Shown piece by piece: positions 10,322 through 19,849 of a stretch of DNA of 43,537 nucleotides. The stretch lies in the IMG/VR virus record IMGVR_UViG_3300022936_000004, positions 1-43,537 of that record, one strand, 5' to 3'. Source of the stretch: a virus. Taxonomy: Duplodnaviria > Caudoviricetes. Numbering within the stretch: position 1 is the stretch's first letter; the number at the start of each line of letters is the position of its first letter. The position numbers and the translations under genes are program-made. Below the pieces are notes generated by a model, which did not search any database, was not told the DNA's origin, and was given only the letters and a program-made list of their open reading frames with translations.

Positions 10322-10818
10322 CAGCCTATTACCTCTTCGGTCTGCGTGACGATGGTGTTCGCCCCCGTCCCGCTCGTAGTCCCGACTAGGCGCACATAAT
10401 GCCCCGGAGGGCAGATATAGTCCAGTATACCGGTATTGGAGGTGGTGATGGCCACGGCGACAGCGAGAGCTACCGAAGACGTGGCCTCTACCCGGCAACG
10501 CTCGGTTGTGGGAGGATTGTTCACATCGCTAAGAAGCGTGACGAGCGCCGAAGACGCACCAGCAAGGAGCGGATTGGTCGCCTGCGTCTTCACGCTATAG
10601 GTGCATTTCACCGCCTTGGTTGCGTTGGGCTGGAAGGCTGTTCCCAGAACGCGCGAGGGGGTAGATGGTGTGAACGTTACGCCCGGAACTGACTGAGCGG
10701 GGTGTACATGGTCCTGCCTTGCAGAAGCCAATGATGTGCCGATCGCAGCCGTTCCGGGGGCGAGCGGGAGGGCATCGGCCATCAACGGCGGCGGTGTTCC
10801 CAACCCACGTTCAGGCAT
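10321..10818 (-). CDS. Probable virion structural protein
   Basis: ARQDHVHP motif seen in phage fibre-like proteins; coupled to neighbours. Confidence 0.5.
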   Translation of the reverse strand: MPERGLGTPPPLMADALPLAPGTAAIGTSLASARQDHVHPAQSVPGVTFTPSTPSRVLGTAFQPNATKAVKCTYSVKTQATNPLLAGASSALVTLLSDVNNPPTTERCRVEATSSVALAVAVAITTSNTGILDYICPPGHYVRLVGTTSGTGANTIVTQTEEVIG

Positions 10819-11072
10819 TAGTAGCTCTCCGTATAGCTTACCGTGCTGGTGCCCGTACCCGTCACGCCATAAAGCGCGTCAGAGCCTGTCCAATTGAACG
10901 GCGTACCCTTGCTTCCGGTCAGCAGAACACCCGTGCTTGGCGACACCGCAGGGCCACCAATCCACACGTCATTCTGGCTACCCTGAACTAAGCCCACATA
11001 ATTGCGTGAGCGCGCCGCAACAATCAGCGTTGGGCTAGTCGTTACCGTGACCTGCCCCGTGTCCATCGCCAT
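10818..11072 (-). CDS. Small probable virion protein
   Basis: 84 aa beta-rich ORF with RBS in the late operon. Confidence 0.55.
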   Translation of the reverse strand: MAMDTGQVTVTTSPTLIVAARSRNYVGLVQGSQNDVWIGGPAVSPSTGVLLTGSKGTPFNWTGSDALYGVTGTGTSTVSYTESY

Positions 11073-11084
11073 CGCAAATCCCCC

Positions 11085-12050
11085 TTAAACGCCGGTCCAG
11101 CCCTGCGCATTGACATACAGTGCCCCCGTTACGGAAGCGGTGAGAGTTGCGACCTCTAGCAGCGTATTCGCTGTCCCTTTAAGTGCGGGGCGGAATGTAA
11201 TGGTACGACTCCCCGCTGCGCCGGTTCCGATCTTCATGCGAAACAAAACGGTTCCACCCGCGCCATCGCGCAGCACGACTTCAGATGCCGAGCCAAACGC
11301 CTCCCAATCAAGCTGAATGGCCTCGATATAGTTTCTCACTCCAGCCCCAGCCGCCGTCTTGAGCGTAACGGCGGTAGTGGTGTTCAGGATTCCCGAAGCT
11401 GCGGCTGCATAACTCCAGAATGCAGAAGAAAGCGCGGGCTGCATTGAGACGGCGTTGGTGTCACCACGCATGGGGTTCAGGGTTGCAACGCCATCGCTTA
11501 CGTAATTCGTGACGCCGGTTGGCCGTCCGCTGCCCGACGAATCCATGAGGAGATTGGATGCTGGGGAAGTCGAGGCAGGAGCTGCAGTTACGCTACCCGT
11601 TCCGATGATCGTTTGACCCGAAAGGCCAGCCCAAGGCCGGGTCCATTGACCCGCCGTCACGGCTGTCGGGATCGTCGCGCTGGCATAGTACGCAGTGGGA
11701 AGAAGGTTGACCGCAGTGGTGGATGCCTGAACAACGCCGCCCTGCACATTCTGGGAGTTTACCCCCGTGCCTCGCATGGAGACGTAAAGGCCCTTCAGCA
11801 GTGCATTACGCGTGCCTGCTGCTGCTCCAGTTGCATCAGTATACGCTGCATCGGTGGTCGCGCCGCCTGCAACGTCTGCGCTGTTAGCAATCGTGACGGC
11901 ACCACCGCCACCTCCAGAAATCACGCTACCTGTCGCGTCAACCGGAACATAGGCGGGGATAACGGTCCCGCGCGCAACGCCATCCACTCCCGTGATGGAA
12001 ATCAGGAAGCCCGGTTCGCCGCGAGGGCCGCTATGATAGGTGATCGGCAT
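11085..12050 (-). CDS. Probable virion decoration/fibre protein
   Basis: 321 aa Ala/Thr/Gly-rich; between the head and tail-hub genes. Confidence 0.5.
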   Translation of the reverse strand: MPITYHSGPRGEPGFLISITGVDGVARGTVIPAYVPVDATGSVISGGGGGAVTIANSADVAGGATTDAAYTDATGAAAGTRNALLKGLYVSMRGTGVNSQNVQGGVVQASTTAVNLLPTAYYASATIPTAVTAGQWTRPWAGLSGQTIIGTGSVTAAPASTSPASNLLMDSSGSGRPTGVTNYVSDGVATLNPMRGDTNAVSMQPALSSAFWSYAAAASGILNTTTAVTLKTAAGAGVRNYIEAIQLDWEAFGSASEVVLRDGAGGTVLFRMKIGTGAAGSRTITFRPALKGTANTLLEVATLTASVTGALYVNAQGWTGV

Positions 12051-12292
12051 TATTCGTTCCTGTTCTTCGGTGGGCGTCCGCGCCGCCTTGGAAGCGAGCC
12101 GCCCTTTTCCCCATCACCATCATGGTCCAGCGGATGCACATCGCGAATGAGAGGATGGAGACGCCAGCCGTCCGCAAGCGCCCCCATCAACTCTTCCCGC
12201 GTATCGACGGCGCTCGTCTCGATGGGTTCACCCCATACCAACGCAGCGCCGCCGTCACGATAGATCGCCTTCGGATATTCTCCGTCGCCCAT
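12050..12292 (-). CDS. Small head-associated hypothetical protein
   Basis: YPKAIYR...DGW and a basic RRGRPPK tail, a type often found after P22-like coat genes. Confidence 0.55.
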   Translation of the reverse strand: MGDGEYPKAIYRDGGAALVWGEPIETSAVDTREELMGALADGWRLHPLIRDVHPLDHDGDGEKGGSLPRRRGRPPKNRNE

Positions 12293-12293
12293 A

Positions 12294-12734
12294 TTACAGG
12301 GCAGTCACCGCAGTCACGTCATTGGTGAAGCCCGGACCGCCATCGGTCACCTCGTAAGGCGACTTCACCTTGAGGCGCTTGCACAGGGCCTGCACATAAG
12401 GCGTGCGGTTCTGGCCGTTGCGCTCCAGAGCGAGGAGGCCCTTGATGATATTCTCATCAAGCGGGTCTTTCGACTTTTCGGCTACTCGGTCTTCGAAAGC
12501 ATCGACACCCAGAAGCAGGAAGTCGGCAATGAAGGTGGTGTTCAGGTCGGCGGGTACGCGCTTGCTCTGCGCCTGAGCCGACTTGTCCTTGTCGCCATCG
12601 GTGCCGGTATCCGCGCCCATCGTGAGCTTGGCACCTTCCTTGATGTATTCCTTCGCGCCTTCGCGGCGGGCCTCATCGGCTTCCTTGGCGGTCAGATCGG
12701 GCAGCGGGTCGGGGGTGTGAATCTTTTCGGTCAT
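12294..12734 (-). CDS. Hypothetical protein (late operon)
   Basis: 146 aa ORF with RBS, ATGA-coupled to the endonuclease gene. Confidence 0.6.
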   Translation of the reverse strand: MTEKIHTPDPLPDLTAKEADEARREGAKEYIKEGAKLTMGADTGTDGDKDKSAQAQSKRVPADLNTTFIADFLLLGVDAFEDRVAEKSKDPLDENIIKGLLALERNGQNRTPYVQALCKRLKVKSPYEVTDGGPGFTNDVTAVTAL

Positions 12735-13474
12735 TCGTTCTCTCCTTGGAGTCTCAGTTTCCGCAGCCGATGTCCTTCGCGGATAGCGGCTGAACGCTTG
12801 GCACGGATTTCAGGGTCCTGCCACGAATTAGCAACGGCAGTGGCAATGCTCGCACAGTGGGCAGCGGTTCTCGGCTCATGCTTTCGCACCTTAGCCGCTG
12901 CGCTCATTTTAGCCCTTGTTTCGGGCGACATATTGCGTGCCCGCGCCGTGATCTTGGCAATCGTCTCCTTGCTATGCGCGTTGCCAATCATGCGAGCGCG
13001 GGACTTCTCTGCCATATTAGCCCTGCGCTCAGGGGTCCACGATGCATCGACACCAGCCGCGACCTTAGCTCGGTATTCAGGATCACTCCAGCGCGCAGCG
13101 GATGCCGCAGCTATTTTAGCGCGCGTTTCTTCGCTCGCCCTACGGCCCGTCGCCTTGGCAGCGATCTTGGCCGCAACCTTGGGGTCCTTGGAGGGTGCTG
13201 TATCACCGCCTTCTGTCACATTGTAACCACCCGGCGAAATGACGCCGCGCTCTGCGATCCAGCGGCGTTCTGCCGCGTGAAGTTCGGCCACTGTGCCGCA
13301 ACGCTCCAGAACCTCGACGGTTGGCTCACCATGCTTGCGCCACGCACAATGCACCGGCAACTGGCTTCCCGCCGTTACCTGCGCCTTGTGTGCCGTGATC
13401 CGCGTAGTGAGCATCTTAACCGTCTGTCCGATGTAGCGTTTGCCGTTGGCGAAAGTCAGTTGATAAACCAGCAT
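12731..13474 (-). CDS. Free-standing GIY-YIG homing endonuclease with NUMOD3-like repeats
   Basis: LVY...KRYIGQT, GYN, and repeated (H/A/M)S-x-ET-x-AK(I/M) motifs. Confidence 0.85.
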   Translation of the reverse strand: MLVYQLTFANGKRYIGQTVKMLTTRITAHKAQVTAGSQLPVHCAWRKHGEPTVEVLERCGTVAELHAAERRWIAERGVISPGGYNVTEGGDTAPSKDPKVAAKIAAKATGRRASEETRAKIAAASAARWSDPEYRAKVAAGVDASWTPERRANMAEKSRARMIGNAHSKETIAKITARARNMSPETRAKMSAAAKVRKHEPRTAAHCASIATAVANSWQDPEIRAKRSAAIREGHRLRKLRLQGENE

Positions 13475-13499
13475 CCAAAGTCTCCTTGGTTGAGACCCT

Positions 13500-13528
13500 T
13501 AGATACCCTAGATGCTGGTTTAATTCAA
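13500..13528 (-). promoter_or_regulatory. Sigma70-like promoter TTGAAT-N17-TATCTA for the endonuclease gene
   Basis: AT-rich spacer between the coat stop and the HEG; 17-bp spacing; AAGGAG RBS downstream. Confidence 0.45.
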
Positions 13529-13533
13529 TAGTC

Positions 13534-14814
13534 CTATACCTGATTGAACAACTGCACCCCGGCCATCTCGGTATTGAGCAGCGCGGTGCCGTAATCGATA
13601 TCGAAACGGAACTTGACGCTAAGGTCGTTGATCGCACCCTGCCGGGTATAGGTGACCGGGAGGCCCAGCACCGGAGTCGTGGCGCGCATCACTTCCCAAC
13701 CGTCTTCAGCATCGACCGCGAACGTACCCGGAAGCAGTTCCACCGCACCCTTGACGAAGAACGGATTCATATTGGCGGTGACGGTGTTCAGGAACGTGAT
13801 GACCGCGCCGTTGGTCGGAGTGGCCGAAACGTTCTTGTATTCCAGCTCAGCCTTCGTGCCGCCGCCGTTCGAGATGATCGGCGGCGTAATCTTGATCGTG
13901 CCGGTGCCGCCTGCGCCAGTGACGATTGCCACAACGCGGAAGGTCTTGAGCTGGCCCGTATCCGCCTTCGAAATGTGGTGGATCGAGTTTACGCCAGCGA
14001 TAGTGAAGGCATCGCCCACCTTGACGGTCGAAGTCGTGACGCCAATCGAAATCGTCTGGTAACGGTTGTCGATATTGGTCGTGTTGCCGTCCGCATCCAC
14101 GGTCGAACCGACCGGGGTGTAGAACAGCGGCAGCGTGTTGGTGATCGTCACGCCGGTTGCCGTGGCTGCTGCGAGCGGGCGCGACTGGTCGTTTTCGAAC
14201 AGGTCGAAGTTGCCCACGGTCTTGATATACGCGCGCTCGTATGCGGTGCGGTTGAGCGGGCTGTCCGAGGTCTGCGGCTTGGCGATGTTCTCTGCCATCG
14301 TCAGGTAATCGCGCGACGAATAGAACGCCTTGCGGTCATCCATCGGAACGCCCTGCTCGGTCATGATCGCGCCAGCAGCGGCCAGATCGGCAAAGCCCGA
14401 AGCCGCGACGGTGCGCTTACTCACCAGTGAAGCGTTGTTCACGACAGTGGTAAACACCGACTGATTCACCGCCGAAGCCAGCGTCTTCTTCGCGCCGTCG
14501 AAATAGCGCTGAAGCTGGAGCGGATCGCGCATGTCCTTGGACGACATCTTGCCGTTTGCGACCTTGTGCTGGCCGATGGTTACCGGGACCGAAAGCTGCG
14601 TGATGTCGCCGAAGTTGGCCGACTGATCGAAGCCGTCATAGACAGCCGGGATGTACGGCATCGGACGCCAAATCTTGTCGCTCATGCGCTGCGACTGGAC
14701 CGGGCTACCGATGTTGAAAACTTCTGCCTCGCGGGCGATGACGATCAGGTCTTCGAAGCTCGCCAGCATGTTGTCGAATGCGACGACTTCGTTCTTGGAG
14801 AAATTGTTAGCCAA
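13534..14814 (-). CDS. Major capsid protein, P22 coat (gp5) family; TTG start
   Basis: MANNFSK, IWRPMPYI, K-x-GD-x-FTIAGV, RFDIDYG...EMAG motifs; AGGAGG RBS. Confidence 0.92.
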   Translation of the reverse strand: MANNFSKNEVVAFDNMLASFEDLIVIAREAEVFNIGSPVQSQRMSDKIWRPMPYIPAVYDGFDQSANFGDITQLSVPVTIGQHKVANGKMSSKDMRDPLQLQRYFDGAKKTLASAVNQSVFTTVVNNASLVSKRTVAASGFADLAAAGAIMTEQGVPMDDRKAFYSSRDYLTMAENIAKPQTSDSPLNRTAYERAYIKTVGNFDLFENDQSRPLAAATATGVTITNTLPLFYTPVGSTVDADGNTTNIDNRYQTISIGVTTSTVKVGDAFTIAGVNSIHHISKADTGQLKTFRVVAIVTGAGGTGTIKITPPIISNGGGTKAELEYKNVSATPTNGAVITFLNTVTANMNPFFVKGAVELLPGTFAVDAEDGWEVMRATTPVLGLPVTYTRQGAINDLSVKFRFDIDYGTALLNTEMAGVQLFNQV

Positions 14815-14900
14815 GATGGCCTCCTATGACGTGTTGAGTAACTGCGAGCTTGATGCTCAGAGCCGTTACTCTCCCGTCAACAGTCGGAGGTCACTGGTGG

Positions 14901-14941
14901 GCTTGGGCTGGACTGATACGCTATCCAGCCCAAGCGTGCAA
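14901..14941 (-). promoter_or_regulatory. Sigma70-like promoter TTGCAC-N17-TATCAG with a 12-bp perfect inverted repeat around the -10
   Basis: IR GCTTGGGCTGGA 14901-14912 / TCCAGCCCAAGC 14924-14935; -35 at 14941-14936, -10 at 14918-14913. Confidence 0.5.
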
Positions 14942-14947
14942 TAGGGC

Positions 14948-15781
14948 TTACTTGCCCCGGAGCGTTGCCTTGTATGCCACAACCTTTGAACGGTCGCCTG
15001 ACTTGGCTGCGGCCTGCTCAAGCCGCTCCAGATGGGCGTCGGTCTTGGCCGGGGTAGCCGAAGCAGTGCCCCGCTGGATCGTCTCAGCCTCAGGCGCGGG
15101 GGGCTTTCTGCGAGTGGTCACCTTAAGGTTCCTTTCGAGGTCTTTCAGCATAAACAGCGCCTTGATGAAATCAGGCTCTTTCGCGATTGCTTCCATCTTG
15201 GCCGGGTGTTTGCCGAGTGCATAGGTCAGCTTGGCCGAATCCTCAGAGTACAGAACGATAGCCGACTGCAAACCCACCGGAAGAGTCGAAATTACTGCCT
15301 CCTGCGCCTCTTGGAAGTCCTTGACCGGCAGTGCGGCGGCTTTGGCCTGATGGCTGGCAAGGGCGGTGTTGAACTCGGTCTTCTTGGTTTCCGCTGCTCG
15401 GGTGACTTCAGCTTCCTGATTGTCAGCGGCCTGCTTCTGGCGCAGCCACGCTTCCATCTTGTCAGATAGGACATCCTCGTCAAAGTCAACGTCAGGATCG
15501 TCCATCTTGGGCTTGGGGCCGAGTTCGATCTTCGGCGCGTCGGCCTTGCGACGTTCGGCCAGTTCACGATCACGCTCGCGGATTTCGTTGCGCAGCTTCT
15601 TGACTAGGTCCGGCTCGTCCTGCGCTTCCTCGCCGTCGATTTCGATAGAGAACTCATCCACGCCTTCATCGGCACCGCCCTCGTTATCGTTCGCAGTAGC
15701 CTGATCTTGGTCCTGCTCATCACCCGTAAGATCGACAATCGTTTCGTCGCCCAGCGGTTCGTTTTCGTCAGCCATGTTCAC
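14948..15781 (-). CDS. Scaffolding protein
   Basis: Acidic N-terminus, coiled coil, C-terminal GDRSKVVAYK motif; between portal and coat. Confidence 0.8.
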   Translation of the reverse strand: MNMADENEPLGDETIVDLTGDEQDQDQATANDNEGGADEGVDEFSIEIDGEEAQDEPDLVKKLRNEIRERDRELAERRKADAPKIELGPKPKMDDPDVDFDEDVLSDKMEAWLRQKQAADNQEAEVTRAAETKKTEFNTALASHQAKAAALPVKDFQEAQEAVISTLPVGLQSAIVLYSEDSAKLTYALGKHPAKMEAIAKEPDFIKALFMLKDLERNLKVTTRRKPPAPEAETIQRGTASATPAKTDAHLERLEQAAAKSGDRSKVVAYKATLRGK

Positions 15782-15818
15782 TCCTTTGCTCGCCCGTGAT
15801 TAAGCCCCGGCGGTCGGG

Positions 15819-16070
15819 CTATTCCAGAAGGCTGTTAGTCAATTGCGCTGCTCCTAGATGCAGAAGCGCTATGCTATCCATGGTGTCCGTCTTGCCCCAT
15901 CCATACACGCGGACATTGCCATTCTCTCCGATCTGAACCGCGACCACGGCACGGGTAGGGTCAAATCCCTCAGACTCCTCCGTCTCGATGCTATCTGCCG
16001 CTGTGCGCAACATCTCTGGGATTTGCGCTGCGTTGGATTCGTACAGCGTGTGGACTTCGGCTAGCTTCAC
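15819..16070 (-). CDS. Hypothetical protein
   Basis: 83 aa, GTGA overlap with the portal stop. Confidence 0.55.
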   Translation of the reverse strand: MKLAEVHTLYESNAAQIPEMLRTAADSIETEESEGFDPTRAVVAVQIGENGNVRVYGWGKTDTMDSIALLHLGAAQLTNSLLE

Positions 16071-18337
16071 GCCTCACCCCTAGGCTCGCGCTCTGCCAAT
16101 CCCTGCTGACGACGCTGGATATCGATCTCATGCGCCGTTCGTGCCCGCTTCATCGGGATTTCGTGGCGGATATTCTCGGCTTGTGCGCGCTTCAGTTCTG
16201 CGCTCGCCAGCTTCTCTTCCACTTCCACCGAATGCAGGCCAGTTGGTGTCTCCGGCTCGCTTACCGGCCCGCCCACAGCCTCAGCCTGCGCGGTCTTGAG
16301 CTGCGCATTGGCCAGCGTCTCGACAGCCTTGGCCTCGTTGACCTTGACGCTGGACTGATTGACCAGTGCCTTGCTCGCCAGTTCGTCGGCCTGTGCCGCC
16401 AATGCCTTATCCGCAGCGCTCGGTTCCTGCTGCTTCTCAGCCTCCTGCGCCAACTGCGCTTGCTCTTCGGGGGTCGGCTTGACCAGACCGATACCAATGG
16501 CCCGATTGCGGGCAAACGCCTGCATATCCTGCATGCCCTCACCGTCCTGATTCATCACCGCCGTTAGGATAGCCGCCTGAGATAGCGCCTGATCGCCTGC
16601 CTTCGTGGCAACCTCTGCGATCTGGAGCGACTCCCGGACTGCCTTCTGTCGCTTGGTAGTCGTGGACTCCTGAACATCGGCGACAACCTTGTAGCGGCCT
16701 CGCGTCAGGTCATTCCGAATGCGGAACACCTTGTTCTTGTCCATTACCGGCTCGGCAAGCGTGGACATACCGTCCTTGCCATCCATCGTCAGGGTCTCGA
16801 CCTTGCGCCCCGGCTCGTAATAAATCTCGCGAGCCATCCCGAGGTAAATCTCTGCCTCACGCTGGATGCTCTGGCGCATGTTGTCCAGATAGATGCCCGA
16901 CTTCGCATCAACCCGAGCAGCGGCGATGTCCATCGCGTCCGCAGATACGTTAGCCCGCACCTCGTCTGCGTTCTGGTCGTCGTCGGTAAGATCGGCACTG
17001 GTAATCTGGAGCAATGCCGCCGTTCCGGGCTGGACCTGTGGCGGTTCGATGTTCCCGATAGGCCCGTTTACCGCAAGCGTGCCGTCTGGATTGTACATCG
17101 GGAGGATGATGCGGAACGGCGTGCGCGCGATGTTGCCCTGCGCCCAATGCTCGGCAAGGCTGATCGTCGCGCCATCCCCATCCTGCACCGAACCGGCAAG
17201 CTGCTCGGCATAGAGGATCGGAACAGGATACGGAGCAAGTGCCTGCGTCTCGACAACCTTGGCCACCGATGCGTTGTAAATCCGCTGGCGGTCCATCTTC
17301 TTGCCAACGTGACCGCGCCAGCGCTCCATGTTATCGACCCAGTCCCGACGCCCATAGACCGGGACAATCGGGATGCTGTCGCCTGCGATATACCCGCAGT
17401 CCTTCAGCACCTTGGTGCCGTTTAGGATATACTTGTGGATGCGCTTGCGCTTGAACGTGCGGGTCGTCTTCTCCCATCCCTGCGCGACCAGATCGGCAAT
17501 GTCCGAGGGTTCAATCTCCGACTGGAAAAACCGCTGCTCTTCCTCGGTCAGGGGATTGCTCAGGATAATCAGCTTATCCTTCTTGTCCTCAACCTCGTAA
17601 TACTCAGCAGTCGCGACAACATCGGGAGTGTACCAGTCCCATGCGAACTTCCAGTTGGTCAGCGGCCATGCAACGCAGTTATCCGCGCCCCACTTCTGCT
17701 CGGCAATCGCCCTCAAGTCACGCGTGATGACGAACGCAGCTTCAGCGTCGGACTTGTCATACAGGATGCCGCCGTAGAAATAGACGCTCTGGTCTGCATC
17801 CACGATCGACATCGCCGGATTGATGCGCTGCGCATCGGAACTCGGGTCATAAGGGTCAGCATAGTCAGTCAGCAAACGATAGGCACCGAAGCCCCCTCGG
17901 ATGGCCTCCTGAAACGCATTGTCCCGGCCCTGCTGCGCCTTGAAGTGATAGCTGTCGGCACGGTGCATGCCGTCCAGCATCTCAGCCGTATCTTCGTCAG
18001 CCGTGTCGTCAGCTGGCACGAAGTCCACCGTCAGGCGGTTCTCGCGATAGTCCAGCTCGATCTTCTCAAGGCTCTTGGTGATTTTGTCCACTTCAGGGCG
18101 GGGAGCGTTCTCCCACTGGTATCCCCATGGGCCTTCCCACATCGCACCGGGGATGGTGACGAACCGTCGAGCCTCAAGCGACTGTGCGCGCAATTCCTGC
18201 TGCGGCATGGCAACGGCATCGAAGCGGGTTAGCGCGCGATCCCACACATCCTCAAGCGTGTTGCCCGTCTCTTCGAACTCGACGACTTGACCTCCGTCCG
18301 TATCAAGATCGGATTCTGCGTAAGGCGCTTTAGGCAT
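16067..18337 (-). CDS. Portal protein, P22-like
   Basis: RRFVTIPGAMWEG, GGFGAYRL, IPIVPVYG, QRIYN motifs and a long C-terminal helical barrel. Confidence 0.92.
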   Translation of the reverse strand: MPKAPYAESDLDTDGGQVVEFEETGNTLEDVWDRALTRFDAVAMPQQELRAQSLEARRFVTIPGAMWEGPWGYQWENAPRPEVDKITKSLEKIELDYRENRLTVDFVPADDTADEDTAEMLDGMHRADSYHFKAQQGRDNAFQEAIRGGFGAYRLLTDYADPYDPSSDAQRINPAMSIVDADQSVYFYGGILYDKSDAEAAFVITRDLRAIAEQKWGADNCVAWPLTNWKFAWDWYTPDVVATAEYYEVEDKKDKLIILSNPLTEEEQRFFQSEIEPSDIADLVAQGWEKTTRTFKRKRIHKYILNGTKVLKDCGYIAGDSIPIVPVYGRRDWVDNMERWRGHVGKKMDRQRIYNASVAKVVETQALAPYPVPILYAEQLAGSVQDGDGATISLAEHWAQGNIARTPFRIILPMYNPDGTLAVNGPIGNIEPPQVQPGTAALLQITSADLTDDDQNADEVRANVSADAMDIAAARVDAKSGIYLDNMRQSIQREAEIYLGMAREIYYEPGRKVETLTMDGKDGMSTLAEPVMDKNKVFRIRNDLTRGRYKVVADVQESTTTKRQKAVRESLQIAEVATKAGDQALSQAAILTAVMNQDGEGMQDMQAFARNRAIGIGLVKPTPEEQAQLAQEAEKQQEPSAADKALAAQADELASKALVNQSSVKVNEAKAVETLANAQLKTAQAEAVGGPVSEPETPTGLHSVEVEEKLASAELKRAQAENIRHEIPMKRARTAHEIDIQRRQQGLAEREPRGEA

Positions 18338-18430
18338 CGAGGATGCTCACCCACTTGCCATCTCTCATCTCAAGCGTGATGCCATAGGGCCTAGGCTCGG
18401 TGCCGGTGGAGATGAGGAAGATCATGGCTT

Positions 18431-18459
18431 AGCATATCCTAGAGATGGGAGGGGCGCAA
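18431..18459 (-). promoter_or_regulatory. Sigma70-like promoter TTGCGC-N17-TATGCT upstream of the portal region
   Basis: Exact 17-bp spacing directly after the terL stop. Confidence 0.5.
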
Positions 18460-19683
18460 CTATCTGCGGAAAGCAGAGGCGGTGCTAGGTATTACGAAGT
18501 TAGCGCGAGGAGAAACCTTGATAGCGCGGCGCGCCCCCTCACACGCATACCGCAAGCTGTCGATCAGGTGGTTATCCTTGTCCTCCAGCATCGGAAGCAC
18601 GTCACCGGTCATACTGTCGGTCTTGTAACTGTAGTGGGTAAGCTCCGCGATAGTCCGTTCGCACCGTGGATGCACCACGATATCGAATGACTTCAGGAAC
18701 TCCACGCCCTCCTCTACCGAACGAGCGCCCTTGATGGCTGGTCGCATGTTCGGCATGCCATGATTGCGCAGATAGCTGATCGTCTCAGGGCGCGAGCTGT
18801 CCGCCGTGGTCCACCACTTCTCAGCCCCCGGTATGCCCATGAACAACTGTGGGAGGTTGTTAATCTCCACGTGCAGGCCCCACGCCTCATAGTCCACGAA
18901 CAACTGACGTCCATCGATCCAGCAACGCACCATGCAGCTTGGATCAATGCTATACCCGAAGTCAGCGCCCTGCCGGTACTCAACGTTAGCCGGGCTGTCG
19001 AACGCCTCGACGCGCCAGTTCTTGAACACCCGCGCTTCGCTGTTCTGCCGATACTGGCCGAGCCATACGTGATTGTACTTGTCGATGTCCCGCCCACGGT
19101 CATACTCCATCGACTCTCGCAGCACGTCCGGGAACCACGGGTTGTCCATGTAGTTCACCTCGCGCACGATAGACCGGGGAGGCGGACCGGCCTCGCTGCG
19201 AAACATCACGTCAATGGGATCGGTCTCTAGGTCCGGGTTCCACGTCCATATCATCCGGGAGTTAGGCGCGCGGATCGTCGGGACAATCGTATCAAGGCTG
19301 GATTGACAGAACGCTTGCGCCTCTTCGCCCCAAAACGTGGTGATGCCCTCAATCGACTTGATGCCGTTAGCATTGCCCTTCACGCCTGAGAACAGGAACA
19401 GGCTATCGTTAGGTCCACGTATCTCAGTCTCGGTGCTGTCGAACGCAGACCGCAGCCCCAGACGATCAATCTCGTCATCAAGCAGGCGCTTCACAGAGTC
19501 CTTGATGCTCTTCTGCACCTCTCGGCCACACAACACCCGCTCATGCCGCTCTACGGCCTGAATGACGAGGCCAGTTGCCACCGAGCGGGATTTACCGGGG
19601 CCACGCCCTCCGTGCCATGCCAGATGCCGGAATGGCTCCCACAGATCGGCGGCGTACTCGGGGAGGTCAACCTGAGCTAGCAT
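18460..19683 (-). CDS. terL: Terminase large subunit (PBSX family)
   Basis: Walker A HGGRGPGKS, Walker B FWGEEAQ, TWNP, nuclease DFG, DSSRPETI, NHLIDSLRYA. Confidence 0.95.
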   Translation of the reverse strand: MLAQVDLPEYAADLWEPFRHLAWHGGRGPGKSRSVATGLVIQAVERHERVLCGREVQKSIKDSVKRLLDDEIDRLGLRSAFDSTETEIRGPNDSLFLFSGVKGNANGIKSIEGITTFWGEEAQAFCQSSLDTIVPTIRAPNSRMIWTWNPDLETDPIDVMFRSEAGPPPRSIVREVNYMDNPWFPDVLRESMEYDRGRDIDKYNHVWLGQYRQNSEARVFKNWRVEAFDSPANVEYRQGADFGYSIDPSCMVRCWIDGRQLFVDYEAWGLHVEINNLPQLFMGIPGAEKWWTTADSSRPETISYLRNHGMPNMRPAIKGARSVEEGVEFLKSFDIVVHPRCERTIAELTHYSYKTDSMTGDVLPMLEDKDNHLIDSLRYACEGARRAIKVSPRANFVIPSTASAFRR

Positions 19684-19849
19684 CGGGCCACACTGGCTTA
19701 AGTTCGATCTTGCTGGACGCCACAGACACTACCTCAAACCATTGCAGTTGCTCTGTGTAGCTCCGCGTTTGCTTGTCAAACTCCAAAACGGGCCTCCCCA
19801 TCCCGTCATTAGGGATTTGCACTCGGTCCCCCTTCTTAACTGGCATCAC
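19667..19849 (-). CDS. Small hypothetical protein between terS and terL
   Basis: 60 aa, overlaps both neighbours. Confidence 0.45.
   Translation of the reverse strand: MMPVKKGDRVQIPNDGMGRPVLEFDKQTRSYTEQLQWFEVVSVASSKIELKPVWPDASSG

Noticed and set aside
12731-13533. Group I intron around the GIY-YIG gene
   Set aside because: Flanking genes look intact and there is no room for an intron core
13486-14430. Long + strand ORFs opposite structural genes (also 5484-6335, 6761-7456, 7420-8139, 17435-18232)
   Set aside because: Antisense shadows of well-supported GC-rich genes with no recognisable motifs
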